This document shows, piece after piece, positions 1-12,913 of a stretch of 64,000 nt of DNA (its first letter is position 1; the number at the start of each line of letters is the position of its first letter). Origin of the DNA: Paramecium tetraurelia (Eukaryota); assembly GCA_000165425.1 (NCBI GenBank), contig CT868052.1, positions 310,001 to 374,000 on the forward strand, in the 5' to 3' direction. Position numbers and translations under genes: made by a program. The notes under the pieces are model-generated. The model made no database searches and was not told where the DNA came from. It saw nothing but the letters and a program-made list of their open reading frames with translations.

Positions 1-2101
1 AAGATAAATCTATATCCTAAGAAGTAATTAAAAAGTTTTGGAAATTATTTTTAAGAGATACTAAAAAGACAAGACAAATTGTTCTTTCATTAATTGATCT
101 AATTAGTAAATCTAATTTGAAGGAGTTGATTTCTTTGGAAAAAATTATGCTATCTTATGAAACTGAATAGGTGACTAATTATAAATTTCCATCCAAGATT
201 TTCCATGTTCTTTGGGAATACTTTGGTAGTCAAGAAGTTGATCAACGTTCAATGTTGATTTTTGTTAGAATATTATTGACTAGAAATTCTTCATATCTTA
301 ATCTAGAGAAGGTAGCATAAATTTATAATCTATTGCAAAAGTACAACAAGAAAGATCCTGATTGGATCATTATTAAAGAACTTGCCACCATTTTATCGAA
401 ATTGGATAGAACTCAAAATAAGAATCAAATAAACTTCAATAAGTCTATTGATTTATTAATAATATTACTCATTAAATACTAGAATTCATAAGATATGAAT
501 TATTTTAGTGCTTGTGATTCAATTATACAATTGGTTCCAAATGCAGACAACCCTGAATTAATTTTTGAAACTCTGTTATAGGATTTAGGATTTAAATCAA
601 ATAGAATGGATTTAGAAGTGGAAGAACAAAAAAAAATGGAAGAATTACATTTAGCACATGCAATCCACATAGCAGGTTCAGTGTCATTACAATTACTCAT
701 ATTTATTGATGCAACACATAATTCGTTAAAGAATCTTAAGAATGAGAGGGAGAAACAAATAGGAAAAGAATAAGAAATAGATAAAATTTAAGGAGGTATA
801 GAAGGTGAATTTGAAAAATTACACGGCATAGTTGATCAAATTCAAGATTTAAAACTAATCTAATAGAATTTACTCTCAGTTTTTTCTCCAATGGTAAAAT
901 AAATATTAGAAGAGTGTCTAAATTAAATGGAGACTGAAGAGGCCTCAACACGACAATAACCTCCAATAGTGCAAGTGAGTTTAATCACAATGTGTAAATT
1001 TATGTGTTTGTCTGAAACCTACTGCAGAGATAACATACAGATGTTGTTCAATATCATGAAGTAAGACAATAGTTATATTTAGATCTCCTCTGATTGATTA
1101 GGTTATGAAGAACAATGTGATTATTAGTATTGGTGATTTACTTCATAGATGGCCTAATACAATTCAAAAGTTCCACAAATAAATTTATTCAAATTTGTCA
1201 GATACTAGTGCTGCAGTTCGAAGGGTAACACTACTTGTTTTGACCCATTTGATATTAAACGATATGGTGAAGAGTAAAACTTCCTTGTCTCATATTCCTA
1301 TTTTATTGAACGATCCTCATCCTTAAATACCTGCTATGGCAAGATACTTTTTGAATGAGTTATAAAAAAAGGAATAAAGAGCCATAACCAATGCGATTCC
1401 AGATATCATTTCAAATGTCCAAGATTAAAATGAGAATGTTCTATCGCAAATCTCCTAATACATTGATAAATCACAAATTGAGTCTATTGTTGATAAACTA
1501 ATCACTATCTTGGGAACTAGCACAAGTAATGAATCAATTCGATGAATATTTAGATTAATACGAGATTAAGAATATATCCATACTGTTTAATCACATCAAT
1601 TTGAGTTAGAATTCTCTTTAGAAACTATTGGATGGTTGGGAAGAATACAGGGAAAAATTAAGAGATCAATTCGTGTTCAATTAATTTATCACTTTAATTA
1701 AGAAGGTAGTATTTGTTATATCTATAATTTAGTTGAAAAGGACTTTGCCTTAAGATGCCAAGCCTTTGATTGAGGAGTACGAAATGAAGGTGGAGCATCA
1801 TGATAAGGAAACATTTGAAAATAGGAGAAGAGAAAAAACAACCAAGAAAAAGAATGTTAAATAAACATAACATGAAAATAATAATGATAAGGAATAAAAA
1901 GAAAATAAAGGTGGAAATAAACAACAATAACAACAACAACAATAATAATAGTAATAGAAAAAGAAGCCAAAGAAGAAGAGAGAGGACGATTTCATGGAGC
2001 TGGAATCAGATTCAGATGAGATGAGTTCTGAGTCGTTGGTAATTAAGAAATAAACTAGTCAAAGAAGAAAAAAAAATACGACAAAAAATGAAGATGAATG
2101 A
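1..2101 (+). CDS. NCAPD2: Condensin complex subunit 1 (CAP-D2/Cnd1), 5' end truncated by window edge; paralog A
   Basis: Code-6 translation gives EIDKIQGG, MCKFMCLSETYC, KNNVIISIGDLLHRWPN, VRRVTLLVLTHLILNDMVK (Cnd1 C-terminal HEAT region). Charged/Gln-rich tail ends at TGA 2099-2101. Confidence 0.9.
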
Positions 2102-2156
2102 TTTTTTACACACATTTTATAATAGTTTATCAAACCCATTAATATTAATTAAAACA

Positions 2157-3895
2157 ATGGAATAAGGTTCTAATTATTTTTTCAATTGCCCTTAAAAATA
2201 ACATAAGGCCTTTTGGGATAGAAATTTTGATATATTGTTAAATCAGCATGAAAATTTCTAAATTTCAAATGATAACAGCACTACCTTCTATAAAAAGGGA
2301 AGAATATTTAAAAAATGGATACCAAGACTATATTCTGTGTAAGGAAATTATATATTGTACGGAGACACTGTAAAAATATGATTTTATTCAGAAAATGAAA
2401 GGGTTCAGGAAACTAGATTGCGTATACTTGCATTACAGCTTACTAGACAACAACTATAGATATCAATTGCAACTGATATATTGCGGATTTATTCTAGACC
2501 TCTATACTGATCAAAAGAAAGATTACGACAATTTCAAAGAGATACTCTAACAGCATTGCATTTTAACAGATTTTCATACTTAATTTAGTTTAATGAAACA
2601 AATTGGATTTGGTTCGAGTGCCTAGGTAATTTATAATAAGTCAATAGTGTTTAGGTTTACATAGCCAGAAGCAATTACAATAAGTAGTACTATGCTATCA
2701 AGAGGGTCCAGAAAAACTATTAGATTTAATAGAAGAAATTGGAACAGGAGCAGTCTCTAAAGAATGAAATCCAGATAATGAAGGAACTTAGTCATCCGAA
2801 CATTATATCTTTTCATCAAGTATTTGAGACTAATAGTAATTAATTAAATAATAAACTAATTAGAACATATCAATCTAGTTTTGGAATTAATTTAAGGAGG
2901 GGAATTACTCAAATAGGGATAATATAAAAGCATTCGAGATGCAAGAATGGTTGCACGTTAATTGGCCTTATGTGTTGATTATATGCACCAAAAAGGGATT
3001 ATGCATAGAGATTTGAAGCCTCAGAATATTTTGTGTAAATCCAACACATCTGATGTTTTGATTGCTGATTTTGGTTTGGCAACTCACATAAAGGAATCAA
3101 AATAATTATATTATAGATGTGGAACAACTGGATATGTTGCTCCTGAGATCTTGATGTATAAGGAAGGAACGAAGATGTACAATGAAAAATGTGATATCTT
3201 CAGTCTTGGGGTCATTTATTATTAACTGTATTAAATTTATAAGCTTAAATTTAAGAATTTATAATACACATCCGTTTAAAGATACTTAGAAAGCAGGGAT
3301 ATTAAAGAAGAATATGGCAGTCGAATACAAATTCGAAGATTCAATCAAAGTTCCTTAGAGTTGCAAGGATTTAATTGCTTAGATGTTAAAATCAAACCCA
3401 AAGCAAAGACCCACAGCATCTCAAATATTGAGACATGATTTCTTCAATGAATCTTTGTGTGAACTTTCTTACCCGAGTCTAATCAGTTCAATATAGGAGT
3501 ATTTAATTATTGATAAATTGATTAGTTTAAGTGAATAAAAGAAATCTGGACAGTCTTTTAATTCTTAGATCTGTGAATTGAAGTTATCAACATTTTAGAA
3601 AAATGGGCAAACTGTTTTTGAGAAAATCCCTTTATTACGATACAATGGAACCCCCAATAATCACGAGTTAAAAGAGAGATCTCCCATTTGGAATAAGCGA
3701 ATTGAATTATAGAGATTAGCCAGTTAGCCAAGATCCAAAGCTCAATCCCTTAACACAGTGAAGAATCCAGAGATCAGAGGAAATAAGGTCTCTATATTTC
3801 GACAATAATCTAAGAATTCAGAAAATGATTTAGATTAATCTCACCAATATCCATATACAAGCATAATCAACAGATGTAAAATTAAGAATAAATGA
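2157..3895 (+). CDS. Ser/Thr protein kinase (CAMK-like) with N-terminal PH-like region
   Basis: [36 protein letters not shown]; several tiny introns. Confidence 0.92.
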
Positions 3896-3922
3896 ATTTT
3901 AATACTATTTTAATAATATTAT

Positions 3923-4670
3923 TCATGGCAAATCACATAATTATTCCTGTTTGTAAAGATCCCAAAGTCTATCTTTGATCTTAGTGAAGTTATGGCAACA
4001 TAATTACAAAGTCGAATAAATGTCTTCATTATTTTAAAATATAATCTTATACAACGACTCTCGACTAATAGTTTGAATAGTTACATACCTTCCAACAACC
4101 AGCATGCCTGTTCTAGCTGCAAATCTAACAGCAAATGGATGATGAGGAGCCAAGGCAATATTGTAGGCTTCAGCACAAATAGAACCCAAACTGTCATTGG
4201 GTTTGTTGAGGAGCTTTTCCAATAGAACTGCCACGTAATCCAAAAACCACATCAATCTCAAGACAGTTCTAGCTGTTGATTCATAGTCTGTATATGCATC
4301 CATTTCGGTGCCTTTAAGATGATCACAATTTTCTCCATTATATTTAGCTACATCTAGAAATATGTGGGTTAATTAATACCCATATTCTTTTCCAACAAGA
4401 TATATTAAATGAGAGATATGTGCACGTGTTTGAAGTTCCTCTCGTTCCTTTCAATTATGTTGCATTTGGATATGATGTCTTGGAATGCTGTTTTTAGGAT
4501 TCCTCCCATTTGCATGAAAATCTGTATAATACATATATAATAACTTTTGTTGTTTCTCGACACAGCTCAAGAAAGTTGAAGTGATATTAAAAGTATTATA
4601 AATCATAGATTATGGCATCTTATAGCCATAGAAATTTTTAGAGATTGAACTAATCTTCTAATTAATTCAT
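3923..4670 (-). CDS. GLTP-fold lipid transfer protein, ceramide-1-phosphate transfer protein (CPTP/ACD11)-like
   Basis: FQDIISKCNI, ARTVLRLMWFL and AYNIALAPHHPFAVR match GLTP-fold motifs of the CPTP type. Confidence 0.85.
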
Positions 4671-4726
4671 ATTATTTCGATTTCATCTTTGATTGTGACG
4701 ATATCAAATGAATTTTAAATTAATAT

Positions 4727-5747
4727 ATGAATCATTCAGATGGTGCTCAATCCCCTCCCTTATTTGGTATGTATCCGTTACCCTATTGGCCAACAAGTTC
4801 ACAATTGTTATTGATGATGAACTTTCAAAATCCTTTGATGAGTCCTATTCACAATCTAGGTTCTCCAATTTTAACTTCCAACATTAATTTTCCTCAGCCC
4901 ACTATCAATTTTGATATCAGGTGTGATCAATGTAACAACTTTTCAAAATATCTCCATAGCGTAAATTATGAAGGATGCATCTCAAGTCAAACAGCCCTAA
5001 CAATACTTCAGTCAAATATAAACTATACAGTAATAAATTGAAGAAATGAATTATGATGATATCACTCTGGAAAATCTAGAGCAATTGATCCATTTACTAT
5101 TTGCAGATTCTTCCAAAATCAAAAAGATCATGTAAAAACTGAAAGAAAAGAAATGTGCTAAGGTAATCAAGATCTTAGACACTTTGACCAAAAAAATCAG
5201 ATCGCAACAAAAGAGTAGAGAAGAATTAATCAAATTTTGTTTGAGAAAAGCCTTTAGAGAGATCTTCCATCAAATCCAAGAGAAAAATACGAAATCAAGT
5301 AATATATATCTTTAAATTTGAGAACTGAACCTCAAAGCTGCCTCCAAACTCTTCTAGCAATCTTTTCAAGCAGAAAAATCAAAATAGATATCCTTGCCTT
5401 TCAGAAAAAATAGCAAAATCAAGACCATGAACAATCAATTTTTACATGAATTGTTCCAATCCAAATAATTTATAGATTAGTACAAGACCTTTTTGGGTAT
5501 TATTCTAATCTCTATTCTCAGATAATCTTGATGCCATCATAGAAAACGATAGAAATAAAAAAATTAAGGCCTTGGCCGAAAAATCATGGGAATTCATCTC
5601 ATCCAACAAAAAAGTATAGAGTTGCATTACAATAACTTATAGTCATATACTGTCAAAAGGTTGCCATGGTCTCTAAAGAATATAGAAAAACTCAAGGAGA
5701 CCGCCAATGAATTGCTAAACTACTGCGATGAATAATAAAGATTGTGA
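4727..5747 (+). CDS. Hypothetical protein with Pro/Ser/Met-rich N-terminus and basic helical C-terminal domain
   Basis: Open in code 6 using intron 4932-4959 and later small introns; motifs REELIKFCLRKAF and PFRKNSKIKTMNNQFL. Confidence 0.7.
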
Positions 5748-5988
5748 ATTTTAATATTATTAAATCAAAATTTATAAATTAAGAATTTTTCAAGTCCCAT
5801 CTAATTTTCGCCAAATAACCCCTTTTTGCCTTGAAAATTGAGTTCCCACACCACTTCAACAATTCTCATGGTTTTCATACTGGTATTTTTTATTTGTGAT
5901 TTATATTATATAAGTCACTTTCAAGTTACTTAATAAATAAAACAAATAATATACACATTAATATTATTTATATATATATATTAAATAT

Positions 5989-7489
5989 TCATATAATTTA
6001 ATTATATTACTGTTGCCCTTGACTGGATTTGTTGTAGCTTGATGTTTATTATTGTTCTCGAACAGACACTAATTTGTAACCCTTTCCACTTTTTATGGCC
6101 TCTATAATGGCTTGAGTCATTGCAATATCCTCTACATTGCTCTAATGTTTAAAATTTAAGGTGTTATATTTTTGTCTTAACTGCTATAGCTCTTATTCCT
6201 TAAATTTAGTGGCTTCGTCAGTAGGATCCTATCGATAGATCATAAGATTGAGTTTATTTTTTAAATCTATACTGGTCTTTTGTTTAACCTTGACTTGGCT
6301 TTCTAATTACAAAATTTCTTATTTAGCTTATTCAACCTAGTTTTAATTTTATAGGAGAGTACTTTGAATGAATCTTCAGTGCTTTTCTTGACTTGAGACC
6401 CAGTTCTTTGATGTTACAGACTTCCTTATTTTTGAAGACTAATCTAATTCATTAACTCATAGACTCTCTCTTAAAGCTCATAAACTTTATATCTCCAAAA
6501 CATTTCAACCTATTCCTAAGCTGTGTATTATTATTCTTGGACAGCAGTGGTTGTTGTCTCTTTGATAATATTTTATGGTGCTATGATGACCTAATAATTT
6601 TGCACTTATGGTATCTATTAGACTTATGTTTATTATATCATTTAAGGAATGAATTGAGATTGTTGAACGTTAAGTTATGTATTTTGGACGGGAGACTATT
6701 AAATTTATTAGATTGTTGTAGAAATAATTTATTATTGATTTTATGGTACAGTTAATTAGATATTCTAAATTGGAGATTGTTGAAGCTGTTGAGATTAAAT
6801 GAAGTTATTTCTTGGAGGAGTATTGATGAGTTATGAAAAGTTTTAAACAGTTGTGGTGTTTCTTGAAGTCAAGGGTTAACCAACTACTTAAGATACTATT
6901 ACTTCAGGTGTTTAGTAAACAACTAATCAATGAAAAACATAAGATACCATTATTTTGTGTGCCAGTGGTCACTTCTTTACCATGCAAACCGTGTTGACAT
7001 AAATAACACTGTTCTTCATATTTTCCAGAATAAAAGGTTGAAATTTATTACGAGTTTTGAAGTTATGCTTTTTAAATGACTTACTATTCGATAGGTATTT
7101 AATAAGTTTATCTCGTCTCATGTTCAATTGGTCTAGGTTGATTGTATTAAATTTGTTAAGATTATATGAGAGTTGGGCTATTTTGAATTTAATTGGATTG
7201 CAATATCTCTCTCTGTGGAGTGGTGACTTAAACATTTCTTTGATTGCTTTGAGAAATTCCCCTTTTTACAGGTATAGGCTAGCCAACAGTTTAGGAGACC
7301 AATACTTCAGGCGTTGAATAAACAACTACAAAAATAATTTATGATATAAGTACCGACAGGTTCGCCTACTATGATTCCTGTTGAGTGAGTCTGCTGTTCT
7401 ACGCCATGCAAACCATGTTGACAAAGATAACATTGTTATTCAAATTTAGGTGAATAGAATGTGGCCATTGCTTCTTAATTAGTTGACAT
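5989..7489 (-). CDS. Hypothetical protein with duplicated N-terminal CxxC-H-H module and C-terminal coiled coil
   Basis: MSTNQEAMATFYSPKFEQQCYLCQHGLHG start; introns at 7326-7353 and 6923-6947; stop at 5989-5991. Confidence 0.75.
6865..7463 (-). repeat. Intragenic duplication of about 55-65 codons plus an intron (copies approx. 7270-7463 and 6865-7038)
   Basis: Both copies encode TFYSxKxExQCYLCQHGLHG...VVYxTPEVxVSQxVGQP. Confidence 0.85.
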
Positions 7490-7838
7490 ATTAGTCTTAT
7501 GAAATAAAAAGAAATAAATTTTATCAAAATAATTTGCTTAATTTTAAAGAAGGTTTTAAGACAGGATGAAAGGTAAGCAGTTAGAAACTGAAATTTATTC
7601 GCTTGAAATTTTGGTAAGGAAAATGAGTTAGTTTCTTTTTATTCATTTTTTAATTATTAAATATTAAGTTAAAAATTTTTGAAAATGAGAAACGTTACTT
7701 ATAAATAGTGGGGCCCTTGAGAATTTTAATGCTGAAATTTATATTTTGAGTATAAGAATGCAAAAACATGTTTTTGTTATGAATTAAAAAACAGAAAATG
7801 AATACATTTGAACAATATTAATTATATATTCGTTTTTA

Positions 7839-9919
7839 ATGCCAAATATCTACTTCGCTTTGGGGTTGTTCCTAATTGTGTGCAATCTGGATCTTGGAGT
7901 AACTCAATGGTTACCTACATATGAGGCATTCAGAGATGAAAAAATTGATGATTTAAATGGTACAAATTTAAAGTAAGCAAATGTAGGATGGGTGATAGAA
8001 AATCAATATGAATCTACGTTTGATGTAGTAACTAAATGCGGACCAATATAAATTTTAGGAGGTCTAAAGTCATTCGGTTCTTAAACAACATTAACAAAGA
8101 TGATTAAGATTCCTCCACACTATAGACTTAAATTTGTTATACAATTATGGAAGTACTACCCAACAGTTATGTAGAATAGGCGATTGGGAAAATGATAAAA
8201 TTCAAGTGTTTGTCGATGGTGTGCCTTGGGAAATGAAATGGGGTTTTACAGAAGGAGCAAAATAATTATGTGGTGGTCCTAAAATCCCAAACAGCGATAA
8301 AGTTTACGATGTCGAATTTGAAGTAGCTCACAATTCTCCAACAGCTACGATCGTCATTGCTAGCACTTAAGTTTAGAAAGCAGATAAATAGGCTTGGGGC
8401 ATGAGGAATATCAAAATCTCTTTTAAAGAATGTCCTTCTCAATGTGGCATATGTCATAATGACAAAGTTATTGAATGCAAATTTTGGAAGCAAGTGGATC
8501 TTAGTTGGTTTCGTACTGACACCTCATTAGAAGGATGGAACTTACTAGAAGGAAGACAAAAGTCGGTGCAATGCTCAGGAATCGTTATGTTTGGAGGGCC
8601 TGACAATATTGGTAGCAAAGCTGTTTTAACAAAATAAACAAAAAACTTGCCTCCTCATTCAAGAGTAATGATTAAATTCACTTTATGGAAAGTATGATAA
8701 TATCATTTATTTTAAGTTTGGACAATGGGATAATGATCAATTTTATGTGCACATTGACGATGATTAAGTCTATAAGCAAACATTCTAAATCTTGGATGGA
8801 TTAAACATATGCGGAAAGTAATTCTTATTAATTATGAGTTTTCAGTTCTAAACCAGGGTATGGATAGAAATTGGTGAATATAGAAATAATCTAGAAGCAT
8901 AAGAAGAATGATATGACCATAAAGTTCTCCTCTTCCTTAAAGTAAGGTACAAATATTTTAACAATATTTTAGATCCTGAAGATCAATCATGGGGAATTCG
9001 AGATTTTTTCGCTTTTGTAGCTGAATGTCCAAAATTCTGCCGAAGTTGTTTTGGATCTGGAGATAATGAATGTTTGAAATGTGAAGAAACCCATTAATTG
9101 ATTGAAGGGAAATGCGTCAATAAAGATGATTGGTTTATATTGGCCAAAGAGTTCAATGAACCATCCAGTTTTAAAAAGATTAGAGAATGGCAAATCGATA
9201 ATATCGATCCCATCCAATCTGAGGTTGAGACTTCTCCAATTACATAGTGTGGTAAGGATGTCAACATTTTTGGAGGTTACAAAATATTGGCTAAGGTAAT
9301 TAATTACTCTATGTATTCAGAAATCTCAAGTTTCAAAAGTGTATACCAATATTCCTCCACATCATTTCTTAAGGTTAAGGATCACTATGTATAAAATTGA
9401 CAGATGGGATGGAGAAGAGTTGGATATTCTAGGAGATGATAAATTAGTATGGAGTCAGCTTTTAGGGTGGAATGATCCTGGACAATCCAATATTTGTGGT
9501 GACCCTAAAAGTCCATGGAAGGAGAGAATTATGTTTATCGACTAAGTGGTTGAACACAACAAGGATGAGTTTAAGTTAACCATTACATCCACCTTATAGG
9601 TAACTGCAGACATTGCTTCCTGGGGGTTTAGAGATGTAATGTTACTGTATTCCCCCATTAAGGAATGTATTACTGTCTTTAGTGAATGCAATTATTAAGG
9701 AGAACAAGGGTAGATTTGTGAGAATGTTGAGGAGTTAAACAAGGTATACTTCCATTATTTTATGGATAGTTTGATTTCCATATAAAGTCTATGCAGATAC
9801 CTGAAGGATTGAAATTTGTTGGCTTCAAGAATGCTCAATTCAAGGGAGACAGAGTTGAATACACAACCAATTAGAAATGTCTTGAAGATATTCAATATTC
9901 ATTCATCTAAAGATTATGA
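7839..9919 (+). CDS. PCM-family (Ca/calmodulin-binding membrane protein-like) secreted/surface protein: three PPH-type repeats, Cys-rich linkers, C-terminal beta/gamma-crystallin-like domain
   Basis: Signal peptide MPNIYFALGLFLIVC; repeats IPPHYRL, LPPHSRV, IPPHHFL each with DxWD and WG motifs; furin-like ECPKFCRSC...CLKC; C-terminus VFSECNYQG...IKSMQIPEG...FKNAQFKG. Confidence 0.8.
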
Positions 9920-10074
9920 GCCACACAAAATACAATAACATTTAATATTGATAATTTTAAACTAAAATTGTTCCAATACTTTCCAATATTATTAAATGTT
10001 TTCTTGAGTTCTACTATAAATACTCATTTATCTTTTTATAAAGGATTTATAAATAAATATATATAAATAAAATA

Positions 10075-10977
10075 ATGAGTAACAATAATAATGGATTGAA
10101 TGATTTGGAGTTATTGAGACTAATTCAGTAAGAATTTCAATAGGAAAAATCACCTGTTTATGATCAAATTAGTGAGTAATATTCTTCAGTTAGTGATGAC
10201 GAAGAGATAATTATAAGAGATCCATCATCTTAAATAAGTAAATTCATTAACAATTATTTTAGCTGATGAGTCCTCATTATCACAACAATAAGAAAAGAAA
10301 AAAAGTAGATGGAAATATGTATTATTTAATTAATTTTACTTAGTGTTGTTAATAATGCACTAAATCTGACAAAGGTTCCATTAAACCTAAAACTTGCGTT
10401 TGTATTGTACCTGCTTCATAGAGAAGAATTTAAATTGGTGAATAGGGATGTTTATCTTGCCATTGTACAGGATGTTCTATTGAGGATGAAAAGAAAAAAT
10501 AAAAAAAAATAAAAAAGAAGAGAAAATCTTCTTCAGATTCAAGCTCAGACGATTCTTCAGATTTCAAAACTGTGAATGGATGCTGTAAGAAATGTATGAA
10601 GGCATTCTCTAAAAAAGGGAAAGAAGCTAAAGTTTAGATATTATTCAATTTATATAGTCATGTTTATGCCAGGTTCCAAGGGCTGTCAGAAAGAAACCTC
10701 TTCCTCCTCATGGTTGTCAGTATTGCGGATGTCATGGATGCAATCCAGAGGATAAGAAAAAAGAGAAGCCTAAAAAAAATAGTCGATAATTATCTCCTGT
10801 GTCTAGCGATTTGAATGAACAGAATCTTAATAACTTTTAAAATGCTCGTAATATTGGGTTATGATGTTAGCTTTAATTTAATTGTTAAATTCTCAGAATA
10901 TCAATCCAGGCATTTTAGGAATAGGTATACCATAAAGGACATACTCATATATTTATGGGAAGGAACAAGGTCGTTGA
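10075..10977 (+). CDS. Hypothetical protein with two 9-cysteine modules
   Basis: CCQQC..CVCIVP..RR..GCLSCHCTGC and CCKKC..CLCQVP..RK..GCQYCGCHGC, separated by a Lys/Ser-rich linker. Confidence 0.8.
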
Positions 10978-11119
10978 GAATAAAAACTTATTAAATTATT
11001 TATAATCATAAACTCTTTTAATCAATTAATGAGCGTAGTAATTTTATTATTCAATAGCAAAGAATTAATAAAGCTAAGCTGAATCATACAGTACAAAATG
11101 CTTCAGATATTTGAGTAAT

Positions 11120-12223
11120 CAAATTGGATTCAATGATTCAATATATACAAACAATTGATATTTCATAGCAATATAAAAAGACATTCCTATATTTATAATT
11201 CGCATCATTCTCATCTCATAGATTATCTATAAAATGTTGAAATAATAAAATTGAGAGTCCCATAATTTTAGAAATGAATACAAAAATTAATTATTTTTTA
11301 TAATTGCCACTTTCATTCCATAAATGATTATCAAACAATCTTAAAAGCCTATTCTATTGAAGTTTAAATGGACCTTTATCTGGTTCATTGATTTGATATT
11401 TGGCAGAACTATTACTACATTTATGCTTTAATTTCCTAAATGTTTCCAACTGAGAATCTAATTATTTGTTTAATCTTTGATTATATTGAGTGTCATTACT
11501 AACTATGGATATATTCATCATCAATATGATATTCTCGCATTTCTTTTTTTAAATTTGTTTAAACACTTGTTCATCTTTACATCGACCTTTACAATTTCAT
11601 TCCTAGAATATTAATATAGTTACATTCCCCTTTAGTTGATAAATATATATCTTTATTAAAATATCAACAATATTTATATAAACACCATTATTTTCTATAT
11701 CATCTTACTTCACATAGACTCTTCTTCATTTCTATAGTTCTTATTATTCTTCATTCCTTCCTAAATTATTATCACATATTTCTCATTTGATTATTTCATA
11801 ATGAGTCTAAGATAAACATGTATTTAATAGAAGTTGCTCATAACTTATCAAGTAATAATCAAGTAAGAGTTTCAGATAATTAAGATTGTGACCATAAATC
11901 ATCTTACTCTTTACTTATTCTTTTAGATATAGCCAAATAATTAGAAATACTTAAGATTGTTATTTGTTTTTGATGCTTGACTACAAAACGTATACATAAC
12001 TTATATTATCCCATTGTAAGAATTAGAAACAACATGAATTACTGTTGACAATTATTTTTAAATGAACTTTCAATTACAATGTTACTATTAGAGATTGTTG
12101 TGAGACAGCGCTTCTTTACTTAAAATATTCCCTTAATTAATATATATCCTTTGCAATATCCTTATGTTGCTAACAAATCAATTAAAATGGTTATTATTAT
12201 TGTCCCTTCTTTGGTATAAACAT
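11120..12223 (-). CDS. Hypothetical protein (3' end uncertain)
   Basis: ATG at 12223 (MFIPKKGQQQQPF...), code-6 open stretches and intron-like segments; no recognisable domain. Confidence 0.45.
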
Positions 12224-12259
12224 TTAATATAATATAATGGTAAACACTCAAATAATGTG

Positions 12260-12913
12260 TCATCTTTAGCCACTGCCCAAATATTGACTGAAATTAGTTA
12301 ATGGAAACTGTTGTCCTTGTCTCTACTGACTCATTTATACTTATTGTATAAGCTAAATATTAAAAGGCAATTACATGCTGACTAACATTAGAGAAGTATC
12401 CATCTTGGCCTTATGGTTTTTTGATAGGAACTTGATTTGACTTAATTTCATCTTTAGGAATGATATCCATCAAAAAGTCAAAGATCTCTGTGTTGTATAT
12501 GCATGTTGCAATATCAGTCTTTTAGAGTGTTCTTCTCTTGCCATCTTCGGTGAATTACCATGCTCTGTGTGTTAATTCAATAATGAAAATTTCACAAGCT
12601 TTTGCAAATAGAACTGGTGTTTCTTAAGCAATCATCTAGAGATATACTAAGCAATACTCTGACATCTTCATCTGATTTCATTATTTTCTTCACTCTTGCT
12701 AATGGTAACTGATGATTTTTGAAGAGCTCGGGATCTATTTCTTAAAGAATTTAATACCCTTGGGCATTTACATAATTTCTTCCTTCAATTCAACTAATTT
12801 TTCCTTCAATTTTTTCATGTGTTCCTATTGATGGACATCCTATTAGTACATTTTTAGAAATCAAATACTACATAGTGGTTTTGTATGTCAAATTATTCAT
12901 TAGGTTATTACAT
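12260..12913 (-). CDS. NFYC: CCAAT-binding factor subunit NF-YC/HAP5 (histone fold)
   Basis: [45 protein letters not shown]...KRRTLQKTDIA...FDFLMDIIP; 22-nt intron 12636-12657. Confidence 0.95.

Noticed and set aside
1915..1955. (aac/aat)n microsatellite-like tract
   Set aside because: It is a poly-Gln run (CAA/TAA/TAG) inside the CAP-D2 tail.
5790..5860. Selenoprotein-like Cys-TGA reading on the - strand
   Set aside because: No start context, no SECIS and no similarity to selenoprotein families I recognise.
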